This document shows positions 56,244-64,000 of a stretch of DNA of 64,000 nucleotides, in pieces. The DNA is from an uncultured Muribaculaceae bacterium (lineage in GTDB: Bacteria; Bacteroidota; Bacteroidia; Bacteroidales; UBA932), in contig CAYGGD010000001.1 in the NCBI GenBank assembly GCA_964349315.1, positions 758 through 64,757 of the forward strand, read 5' to 3'. Within the stretch, counting starts at the first letter, position 1. Each line of letters opens with the position of its first letter. The notes beneath the pieces were generated by a model that saw only the letters and a list, made by a program, of their open reading frames with translations, was not told the DNA's origin and did no database searches. The position numbers were made by a program, and so were the translations under genes.

Positions 56244-57395
56244 TTATTTTAATTTGTTTATTTTCTTGTAAGGCGCGAAGATAGTAATTTTTCTCAAAAC
56301 TACACTATCTAAACGATTTGAACTGGTCTTGAGTATGGTGAATTCAAAATCCTGATAATTCAATACATCCCCTTCGTTTGGAATGTTTTCGTGAAACCAG
56401 GTTATAAAACCGCCAAGAGTTTCGTAGTCGTCACTTTCGGGGAGGTCTAAATCGTATGATTTGTTAAGATATTTTATCTCGTGCCGTCCGGAAAGCAGGT
56501 ATTCGTTTTCAGAAATAACTTTTTCGGTAAGCTCCTCGCGATCGAGTTCGTCTGAAATTTCACCGAATATCTCTTCAATTATATCTTCTAAAGTAACTAT
56601 TCCGGCTGTTCCCCCGTATTCGTCGTTAACTACAGCTATAGACCGCTTGTTTTTAATCATTGTGGTAAGCAGGGCTCTGGCTCCCATCTCTTCCGGCACA
56701 TAGTTAATACTCCTTATAAGCTCCTTTATTGGCTTTCCACCGGTAAAAAGGTCCTTTGAATGAATATAGCCGATAATTTTATCAATATTCTGATGGTACA
56801 CCAATATACGAGAGTACTTCGACTCCGCAAAAAGAGATAGTAACTCGTCAATTGATGCAGTGTCCGGGATAGCACAAATTTCTGTTCTCGGAATCATACA
56901 TTCGCGAACTATTACATCCGAAAAGTTAAGAGCATTCTGCAAAAAAACCATCTCGTGGCTCTCCTCCTTTTCGGGAATATGTCTTTCCGGTTCTTTCCCG
57001 GCAAAGGGAGATAGCACAATATAAACCCCTTTGGCAACATAAATAAGATACTCGGTTATAAAATCGGGGCTTGCTGCAGCAACAGCCATTGGCATCAACT
57101 TGGATATTACAAGAACCGACGCAAGGGCAACGGCAATCCCCAAAAAAATATTGGCAAAAACCGATGCAACAGCCATTCCGAATAATACAAGAAATATGTC
57201 AGAGGCAAGCTTAAGTGATAAAATCACCTCTCCCTCTCTATCTAAAAGATATTCGAGAACCTTTGCATATCTTTTTTCCTGCTTTTTATCTACCTCGTAC
57301 CGAAACTTGCTGAATGTTTCAAAAGAGCTTTCAAGGGCAGTAAAAATTGCAATAAATAATAGAGATACTACTGATACAATAATGGCAGATTCCAT
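56244..57395 (-). CDS. CNNM/CorC-type protein (DUF21 + CBS + CorC_HlyC; 'hemolysin family')
   Basis: VRECMIPRTEI, YSRILVY, VNDEYGGTAGIVTLEDIIEEIFGEISDE, YETLGGFI. Confidence 0.88.
   Translation of the reverse strand: MESAIIVSVVSLLFIAIFTALESSFETFSKFRYEVDKKQEKRYAKVLEYLLDREGEVILSLKLASDIFLVLFGMAVASVFANIFLGIAVALASVLVISKLMPMAVAAASPDFITEYLIYVAKGVYIVLSPFAGKEPERHIPEKEESHEMVFLQNALNFSDVIVRECMIPRTEICAIPDTASIDELLSLFAESKYSRILVYHQNIDKIIGYIHSKDLFTGGKPIKELIRSINYVPEEMGARALLTTMIKNKRSIAVVNDEYGGTAGIVTLEDIIEEIFGEISDELDREELTEKVISENEYLLSGRHEIKYLNKSYDLDLPESDDYETLGGFITWFHENIPNEGDVLNYQDFEFTILKTSSNRLDSVVLRKITIFAPYKKINKLK
56276..56283 (-). promoter_or_regulatory. Possible internal -7 box for ppiD within the upstream CDS
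   Basis: TATCTTCG followed by CGCC, 39 nt before the ppiD ATG; encodes the ...TIFAP... tail of the CNNM protein. Confidence 0.45.
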
Positions 57396-57396
57396 A

Positions 57397-58038
57397 TTAC
57401 AAACCTATTTTAAGTAATGGACCTATAAAATTGGCTGTGTCAATATAAGGAATTTCTGTGGAATCTCTGCTTATTATTGCATAACTATCGAATGGCCTTT
57501 TAATTACAGCATTCCTTGCCATGTCGTCCGACTCCATGCCGTAACCCTGCATAAACATATCCGGAGTGGTAAGTTTTACCCAGGTGTGTGTATATATTCT
57601 TTGAGTGTTACGATTCCAGAAAAGAGTGTCTGTCTCCATTTTTTCTCCCTTTATGTAGTTATTGATAACCACATCTCCGTATGCCTCCCATATCTCCTCA
57701 GTCTCCTGTTTAACATGTTTGGCATAATTGGCAACTATTCTAGTTTCCAGCAACCCTTCAGGAGTGAAGCCTCTCAGCTCAATTCCTCCGGGAAATACAT
57801 CGTAAGGAGCATCTGTCTGTGTATATCTCTCCATTAATGGAGCAGTAACAATAAACTCCGCCTCTCTTCCCGAAAACTGAACTAAACTCATCTGCTTTAC
57901 AACTTGAGAGGGCAACTCCTCAACGCCGGAAAGGTCTGTTTTGGGGATATCATCTTTACATGAATAAAGAAGAGTAGCAACCACCAAAGTGACTGCTACC
58001 TTTTTACTGCATATCAATAATAAAGAGGATAACCTCAT
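57397..58038 (-). CDS. lptC: LPS export ABC transporter periplasmic protein LptC
   Basis: N-terminal anchor; FPGGIEL, WEAYGDVVI, METDTLFWN..IYT, GYGMESD; conserved Bacteroidales gene order. Confidence 0.82.
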   Translation of the reverse strand: MRLSSLLLICSKKVAVTLVVATLLYSCKDDIPKTDLSGVEELPSQVVKQMSLVQFSGREAEFIVTAPLMERYTQTDAPYDVFPGGIELRGFTPEGLLETRIVANYAKHVKQETEEIWEAYGDVVINNYIKGEKMETDTLFWNRNTQRIYTHTWVKLTTPDMFMQGYGMESDDMARNAVIKRPFDSYAIISRDSTEIPYIDTANFIGPLLKIGL

Positions 58039-58042
58039 AAAA

Positions 58043-59359
58043 CTATCTTCTGGTTCTGACTGTTGTAACTGCTCTCATACCACCACAATTGACAGTGTAA
58101 GATGCGCCGTCGATAATATCGTACATAAAAGCATCTTCCTGTGCAGGGAAGTACTGCGAGTAGTTAGAGATATATGAATTGGCCTCGTCGGCTACAGAAG
58201 GATCGGCATTTCTGGCTCTGATTAAAAAGTCTACAGCAACCCAGAATTTAGCCCTTGATTCAATTTCGTTACCGGTGCATCTGAGTGAACCCCAAACCAA
58301 ACCAATAATCAGATTAGCCCTTCCGCTTACTGTCGAACTCTTTTCCATCGCTTGTCTTGCTGTTTCGGCTGCTTTTGGAAGATTCTCCAGTTGCATATAG
58401 TAGTTTGCAAGTGTAATTAGCATATTGGCATCCTCTTCGTCTCCCGACTGATCGCTGTCAATTGCCTGTCTGAGCATTTTAATGGCGTTATCCTGATCAC
58501 CTTTGGCTGCATACAGACGATAAAGATTTCTGATATAAACATAGTTGGTTGGATCCATCCTGTAGAGAGTCTCAACAGTTTCGAGGAAAAGCGGATCTGT
58601 TGTACAATCGGCCTCACTAAGCAAACTTACTATTGTAGATACCAAATCTCTGTCGTCCGGTGTTGCTCTGAAGCGAGGAGTAAACAGCTCTACAATATTT
58701 TCACATGTTGCAACACCACTTGCAGCAAACAGATTATCAATATCTCTCTTCACCCTGTCGGCATCCTGATGGTTTGCCTTAAGATGAGCCTCAACAATCG
58801 GGGTAAGCATAGTATAGGTTTCCATAACCTTCTCGGCCGGAACCTCTCCATTGTTAAACATGCTGTTAACTCTCTGCATAGCAATCACCAAAAGAGCAGG
58901 ATCTGTCTTATCTGCGGAAATTTCTATTGCCTCTTTAATGGCTTCGAATATCTTTCTGTCGTCGCTGCCAACATACTCTACCATGTCAATCACCTTAAAG
59001 GTTGATGCCGATATAGCGTGAGAAGGAAAATGTTCAACTCTTAAATCGTACATCAAAAGCAAAGAATCTACTAGAGCATTTTTCAGTTCAGGATTGTCCT
59101 TATTCTGTTCAATAAAATACTTAAAAATTCTTTGTCCATCCACATAAATACCTTGTCTGATTCCCGGAGGACAAACACGGAATGCTTCTCTCCACAAAGG
59201 TGCCGCCTCAGCAAAGTTGTTTTGCCTTATATAATCCGTGTAAAAAGATACACTTCTTTGACATTCCGGACTAGCGCTGGCCAGACCACCTTGGGCATAG
59301 CCACTCGCGGCAACCATAGTTAGGATTGTAGTAATTAATAAAATGCGCGCTTTTTTCAT
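58043..59359 (-). CDS. Exported tetratricopeptide-repeat protein
   Basis: Signal peptide; helical TPR-like repeats; C-terminal YFPAQEDAFM..TTVR pattern. Confidence 0.75.
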   Translation of the reverse strand: MKKARILLITTILTMVAASGYAQGGLASASPECQRSVSFYTDYIRQNNFAEAAPLWREAFRVCPPGIRQGIYVDGQRIFKYFIEQNKDNPELKNALVDSLLLMYDLRVEHFPSHAISASTFKVIDMVEYVGSDDRKIFEAIKEAIEISADKTDPALLVIAMQRVNSMFNNGEVPAEKVMETYTMLTPIVEAHLKANHQDADRVKRDIDNLFAASGVATCENIVELFTPRFRATPDDRDLVSTIVSLLSEADCTTDPLFLETVETLYRMDPTNYVYIRNLYRLYAAKGDQDNAIKMLRQAIDSDQSGDEEDANMLITLANYYMQLENLPKAAETARQAMEKSSTVSGRANLIIGLVWGSLRCTGNEIESRAKFWVAVDFLIRARNADPSVADEANSYISNYSQYFPAQEDAFMYDIIDGASYTVNCGGMRAVTTVRTRR

Positions 59360-59387
59360 AACTATTTTATATTATTGTATCGAGTAA

Positions 59388-60695
59388 TTAATCGTACCTG
59401 TATTTAACAAACCAAATATCGTGCAAAGAAAAGCTTAAGTTAAACATAACGTACCTTTCTCTTACTAGATTATTCTGCAACGAGCCCCTCTGACCCATAT
59501 CTACCGAAAACCCTACTCCGTTATAGAAGCGTAAAATTGGCAAAGTAGCCCCAAAAGTCAAACCCATCGCATTAATCTGTTTGTCTTCTACTTTCATATA
59601 GGTGTTTTCGTAATAAAGACCACCTCTGTAGGTGACTCTTCTTGAGTAATATCTTATGTCGTACCTGTTTGGAATGTACTCAAAACCCAGCTTAAACGAA
59701 TTGCTTACAGAGGGAGTAAAGCTTACCCCCGGTGTAGGTGCAAAAGATACATTGCTCCAGTCTTGTCTTGTGTAATCGATTCCAACCATCCATTTGTCTC
59801 TTTTTCTGAGTGAGAACCCTAACCCGTATTCAGCAGGTATCTCCATAGCGGTGTTTTCGGCAACATGAAAGTACGATGTGTCGCGGTAACCCTGGGCATT
59901 GGTTGCAAAAGCATATCTTGTAAGATCGCCGGAAAGTTTTGAACCAAGTTGCCATGTGGCCCCTGCAGTCAAGCTGAGGTCATCACCTAAATTATTGCTG
60001 TACTGAAGACCTAGCTTACCGGCAAATGAGCCGATTACATAGTCGCTACCAGTATTCAGAGAACGATAACTCTGGTTTGTGGTAAAAATAACATCTGATT
60101 TTCTGTCAATAGTTCCAAAATAGTAAATTCCTTCGGCTCCGATGGAGAAGTTCTTCAGAAACACCATAGATGCACTCAGAAATGCCTTGTTAATTCCACC
60201 TGTACCATATCTCTGATATCGGATATCTCCCATTTCGGTAATTATGGAAGGATCTGTTTCGAAGGCCTCAAATTTATAACCAACACTGCTGTACGGCATC
60301 ACACCAACAGCAAAGGCCGATTTATCGTAAATAGGAAAACTCATAATAAGGTGGTGCATGTTAAAAACATTATATGCCGAGGAGAGATCCTGTACCCCTT
60401 TGTTGTATATGTTCGATTGGTTAACACCAAAATCGAGCATAAAAGAGAGGGTGTCCCTTTCCGAAATAGCTGCCGGATTAAGGATATTGATAAGTCTGTT
60501 TTCTCTCAATCCAATTCCGATACCGCCCATTGCTTTATTAAATGCTGTTCCGGGCCTGTTAATATCACCTACTCCAAAAACCGAGTAAGGGGTATATGTG
60601 CCTAACGCGTCAGTAAGCTGAGCATAAGAGGGCTTTAACACCAAAAGCAGCATAGCTGCTGCTATAAATATTTTAATTCTGTTTCGGTTTTGCAT
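59388..60695 (-). CDS. Outer-membrane beta-barrel protein (FadL/OMPP1-like)
   Basis: Signal peptide from ATG 60695; TPYSVFGVG, NPAAIS, amphipathic strands, WFVKYRYD end. Confidence 0.72.
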   Translation of the reverse strand: MQNRNRIKIFIAAAMLLLVLKPSYAQLTDALGTYTPYSVFGVGDINRPGTAFNKAMGGIGIGLRENRLINILNPAAISERDTLSFMLDFGVNQSNIYNKGVQDLSSAYNVFNMHHLIMSFPIYDKSAFAVGVMPYSSVGYKFEAFETDPSIITEMGDIRYQRYGTGGINKAFLSASMVFLKNFSIGAEGIYYFGTIDRKSDVIFTTNQSYRSLNTGSDYVIGSFAGKLGLQYSNNLGDDLSLTAGATWQLGSKLSGDLTRYAFATNAQGYRDTSYFHVAENTAMEIPAEYGLGFSLRKRDKWMVGIDYTRQDWSNVSFAPTPGVSFTPSVSNSFKLGFEYIPNRYDIRYYSRRVTYRGGLYYENTYMKVEDKQINAMGLTFGATLPILRFYNGVGFSVDMGQRGSLQNNLVRERYVMFNLSFSLHDIWFVKYRYD

Positions 60696-61404
60696 AATTC
60701 TGAGCAACACGGGCCAAACCCATCAATACTAAATTGTAAACTACAAATATGGAACTTTTCAATTTTTCTGCAAAATAAATCGCATCTCCCCCGGTAAAAA
60801 TATAAATATGGTGAGGATACAATTTTATATATCCTTCAACTTCAAAAATCAGTCCTAAAACATCTCCCGACTCAATTGCCTCTATTGTAGTGCCCCCGGA
60901 GGGTAGTACCAAAGATGGATTTTCAACTAATGGAAGTTGTTGAGTATAATCACTTAAGCTCCTAAATCGGCTTCTTAAACCTGGTGAAATATTTCCACCG
61001 GAAAATTCACCTTTCTTAGTTATAAAATCAATAGTCAGAGCTGTTCCAAAATCAAAAATTATAACATCTTTTCCCGGAAAAAGGGCGTTGGCTGCAATTG
61101 CAGAGACAAGTCTGTCAACCCCCAGGGTATCCGGCGTTTTATAAAGATTATCTATAGGCAGCTTTGTCTTGTTGTCAACCAATAATAATTCTGAGCAAAA
61201 GGCCTTGAGGTCAGAAAAATACCCCTTTTCAAATTTCTTAACAGACGAAATTGCAATAATCTCCGGAGCTCTGTTGCTGGTGAGCTCTTTTATAAAGCCC
61301 AAAACATCATCTCCTGAATACCTTACAGATTGCTCCAAAGAGGTACCCGAGGCATAACATGCCTTTACAGAAGAGTTGCCAATATCAACCAAAAGATTTA
61401 CCAC
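60673..61404 (-). CDS. coaX: Type III pantothenate kinase
   Basis: VDIGNSSVK, LGVDR, DFGTALT, GGNISPG, TGGDA; GTG 61404 preferred. Confidence 0.95.
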   Translation of the reverse strand: MVNLLVDIGNSSVKACYASGTSLEQSVRYSGDDVLGFIKELTSNRAPEIIAISSVKKFEKGYFSDLKAFCSELLLVDNKTKLPIDNLYKTPDTLGVDRLVSAIAANALFPGKDVIIFDFGTALTIDFITKKGEFSGGNISPGLRSRFRSLSDYTQQLPLVENPSLVLPSGGTTIEAIESGDVLGLIFEVEGYIKLYPHHIYIFTGGDAIYFAEKLKSSIFVVYNLVLMGLARVAQNYAKPKQN

Positions 61405-61410
61405 GGAGGG

Positions 61411-61418
61411 CAAAGGTA
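61411..61418 (-). promoter_or_regulatory. -7 box of coaX
   Basis: TACCTTTG-CCCTCC-GTG on the minus strand. Confidence 0.6.
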
Positions 61419-61425
61419 AAAAAAA

Positions 61426-63999
61426 TTACAACTTCATCTCCAAAAAAATGTTAAATGCCTGCTCTACACTTGTTACATTTTCTACTGTGATGTACAATTT
61501 CTCTTTTTGCTCTTTTATTCTGAATCTCTTTCTCTGCTGCTGCAAATAAGTAAGAATAGAGGCGAATTTGCCGGAGCTGTAGTATGCCGACATTTGATTG
61601 CTCACAAAATAGGCAATCAGCAACCCATTTTTAAGAATAATCTTTTCGAATCCTAGTTCAATTGCCAGCCACCTTAATCTGACAATATATGTAAGCTGTA
61701 CCGCCTCTGCAGGCAAAGAACCGAAGCGATCTTCCAGCCCCTGTACAAACTTCTCAAGTTCTCCGGGAGCTTTGATGGCATCAAGCTCTTTATATAACCT
61801 GATTTTTTCTGCTATAACCGACACATAATGGTCTGGTATCAATATCTCAAGATCAGTATCTATTGTGCAGTCTGAAACATACTCCTCACTCTCGCGATGG
61901 CCCTCATCCCCAAAGTCTAAGCCCCTTTCTTGTCTGATCTCTGCAAATGCTTCGCCAAGAATCCTCTGATAGGTTTCAAAGCCCATATCAGCTACAAAAC
62001 CACTCTGCTCAGCACCCAGTAAATTTCCTGCCCCTCTTATATCTAAATCCTGCATAGCTATATTAAACCCGCTGCCCAAATCAGAGAATGTTTCAATTGC
62101 TCTTATCCTGCGTCTTGCATCGTCGGAAAGAGACATCATAGAAGGAATTATCAAATAGCAAAAGGCCTTAATATTAGACCTTCCTACCCTTCCTCTCAGC
62201 TGGTGAAGATCGCTCAGACCAAAATTTTGGGCATGATTAATTATAATTGTATTTGCATTTGGAATATCAATACCATTCTCGATAATGGTGGTAGAGATCA
62301 TAACATCATAATCACCCATCATAAAATCGAGAACCGTTTTTTCCAATGAGGTCGAAACCATTTGTCCGTGACCTACACAGGTTTTAACATTAGGACACAA
62401 TCTTTGTACAATATCCTGTACCGATAAAATATCCTCCACTCTGTTATGGACAAAAAACACCTGTCCTCCTCTCTCCACCTCGTAGTTTATTGCATCTCTG
62501 ATTATCTCTTCATTAAAATTAATTACCTCGGTCTGCACCGGAAGACGGTTGGGGGGAGGCGTATTGATAATGGACAGATCCCTTGCTCCCAGGAGAGAAA
62601 ACTGAAGAGTTCTCGGGATAGGAGTTGCCGACAATGTAAGAGTATCCACATTGAGCTTAAGCTTTCTTAACCTCTCCTTTGCTGCAACCCCGAATTTCTG
62701 CTCTTCGTCAATAACAAGAAGACCCAGATCTTTAAACATAATCTCCTTATTAAGAAGTCGGTGTGTTCCTATTATTATATCTGTTTTTCCATTCTTTACA
62801 GACTCCGATATCTCTTTTATCTCCTTTGAGCTTTTCAGTCGGCTAATATATGATATGTTACAAGGGAAGTTTTTTAGTCTTTCACTAAATGTTTTAAAAT
62901 GCTGTAAAGCAAGTATTGTTGTTGGTACCAAAACTGCAACCTGTTTACTGTCGGCAACCGCTTTAAAGGCAGCTCTTATTGCTACCTCCGTTTTTCCGAA
63001 GCCAACATCTCCGCAAATAAGACGATCCATAGGACAATCTCTCTCCATATCCCCTTTAACAGCTGTTGTTGCTCTTACCTGATCGGGGGTGTCTTCATAA
63101 ATAAAAGAGGCCTCCAGCTCTTGCTGCATAAATGAGTCGGCAGAAAAAGCAAAACCTCTTGCATCCCTTCTTTTAGAATAGAGATCAATTAAATCTCGAG
63201 CAATATCTTTTACCTTCGATTTGGTTTGATTTTTGAGCTTTTGCCATGCTCCCGTACCCAGTTTATAAATTTTAGGAGGCTGAGCATCTTTCGATTTATA
63301 ACGGGAAATTCTATGTAGTGCATGAATAGATACAAAAATAACATCACCGTCTCTGTAAATAAGCTTTACTGCCTCTTGTTGCTTGCCATTTACCTCTGTT
63401 TTAAGAAGCCCACCAAACTGCCCCACGCCGTGATCGATATGAACTATATAATCACCTATTTCGTACGAATTAAGCTCATTAATAGTGAGTCTTTCGCTCT
63501 TATCAACTGTTCTGTGCGCCCTTACTCTGTGGTGTCTCTCAAAAATCTGGTGGTCGGTGTACAGAGCTATTTTTGCATTGTGGTCGGTAAATCCTTCGTG
63601 AATAGAGATGGTTTCGGAATCGAACCTGGTGTTGCCAAGCCCCTCCATCGACGAAAAGATGCTTCGTATCCTCTCTATTTGGTTGGGGTTTTCGCTCAAT
63701 ATTGAGACATCGTATCCCTCAGATATTTTCTGTGAAATGTCTTTCGCAAGCAATTCAAAGTTTTTGTTGAAAACCGGCTGAGGTATGGTATGAAACACCA
63801 CTCTCTGCTCCTCTGAAAACTCTCTCGAAACCGGAGCAAACAAAATTGTATGGTTATTGTTACACCCCTTTAAAAAATCATCTGCACTAAAAACTGCCTC
63901 CTCATCTCCCCTATGATTCTCTATAAGCTTCATCTGACCGTAAAAGTAGTCGAAGTCGGTTATCCAGATAGTGATATTATTTCCGGCAAAAGTGAAAAA
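61426..63999 (-). CDS. mfd: Transcription-repair coupling factor, 5' end outside window
   Basis: CarD-like VHIDHGVG, YEDTPDQ, GDVGFGKT, DEEQKFG, SATPIP, QLRGRVGRS, DLDIRGAGNLLG; frame is open to the window end. Confidence 0.97.
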   Translation of the reverse strand, partial: FFTFAGNNITIWITDFDYFYGQMKLIENHRGDEEAVFSADDFLKGCNNNHTILFAPVSREFSEEQRVVFHTIPQPVFNKNFELLAKDISQKISEGYDVSILSENPNQIERIRSIFSSMEGLGNTRFDSETISIHEGFTDHNAKIALYTDHQIFERHHRVRAHRTVDKSERLTINELNSYEIGDYIVHIDHGVGQFGGLLKTEVNGKQQEAVKLIYRDGDVIFVSIHALHRISRYKSKDAQPPKIYKLGTGAWQKLKNQTKSKVKDIARDLIDLYSKRRDARGFAFSADSFMQQELEASFIYEDTPDQVRATTAVKGDMERDCPMDRLICGDVGFGKTEVAIRAAFKAVADSKQVAVLVPTTILALQHFKTFSERLKNFPCNISYISRLKSSKEIKEISESVKNGKTDIIIGTHRLLNKEIMFKDLGLLVIDEEQKFGVAAKERLRKLKLNVDTLTLSATPIPRTLQFSLLGARDLSIINTPPPNRLPVQTEVINFNEEIIRDAINYEVERGGQVFFVHNRVEDILSVQDIVQRLCPNVKTCVGHGQMVSTSLEKTVLDFMMGDYDVMISTTIIENGIDIPNANTIIINHAQNFGLSDLHQLRGRVGRSNIKAFCYLIIPSMMSLSDDARRRIRAIETFSDLGSGFNIAMQDLDIRGAGNLLGAEQSGFVADMGFETYQRILGEAFAEIRQERGLDFGDEGHRESEEYVSDCTIDTDLEILIPDHYVSVIAEKIRLYKELDAIKAPGELEKFVQGLEDRFGSLPAEAVQLTYIVRLRWLAIELGFEKIILKNGLLIAYFVSNQMSAYYSSGKFASILTYLQQQRKRFRIKEQKEKLYITVENVTSVEQAFNIFLEMKL

Positions 64000-64000
64000 A

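Noticed and set aside
56244-57395. Hemolysin toxin or gliding-motility GldE
   Set aside because: The domain content is the CNNM/CorC metal-homeostasis type in a conserved housekeeping gene order; no other gliding genes are present.
192-63705. Short ORF-track entries nested in or antisense to annotated genes (e.g. 1721-2059, 20556-20969, 34116-34601, 50540-50938, 62651-63082)
   Set aside because: No recognisable motifs or promoter context; typical shadow frames of real genes.
1-64000. tRNA, rRNA, CRISPR array, IS/integrase, prophage or defence system
   Set aside because: No cloverleaf, regularly spaced repeats, terminal inverted repeats or relevant protein motifs seen; intergenic gaps are mostly too short to hold them.

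Overview
Compact, gene-dense chromosomal segment from a Bacteroidota bacterium, probably an anaerobic Bacteroidales member (inferred from TAnnTTTG promoter boxes, A-rich translation starts, a Porphyromonas-type FabK and Bacteroidales-type gene order). No rRNA, tRNA, CRISPR array, transposase or phage gene was seen. Main blocks: (1) 1-6.4 kb: aldehyde dehydrogenase, then a TetR-led operon (LolA-like protein, two LolC/E-like permeases, LolD-like ATPase, outer-membrane beta-barrel). The TetR carries a canonical EF-hand loop, and a palindromic operator overlaps its promoter. (2) 6.4-11.5 kb: DUF4468-like protein, thyA-folA, a signal-peptide-bearing Mn-type SOD, fabK and an NSS transporter. (3) 11.5-40.5 kb: a 27-gene minus-strand aryl polyene/dialkylresorcinol (flexirubin-type) biosynthetic cluster with a TAL, CoA ligase, KS/CLF sets, two ACPs, DarA/DarB, a B12-radical SAM enzyme, an FAD oxidoreductase, multidomain fusions and its own lipid-export genes. 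(4) 40.6-47.2 kb: hypothetical proteins, an AOX/PTOX-like di-iron protein, YfhO, a GT4 and a serine hydrolase. (5) 47.3-64 kb: housekeeping genes (mutS, ABC permease, rsmA, EEP nuclease, ychF, ppiD-like, CNNM/CBS, lptC, TPR, OM barrel, coaX, partial mfd). All calls come from reading motifs by eye; no database searches were run.
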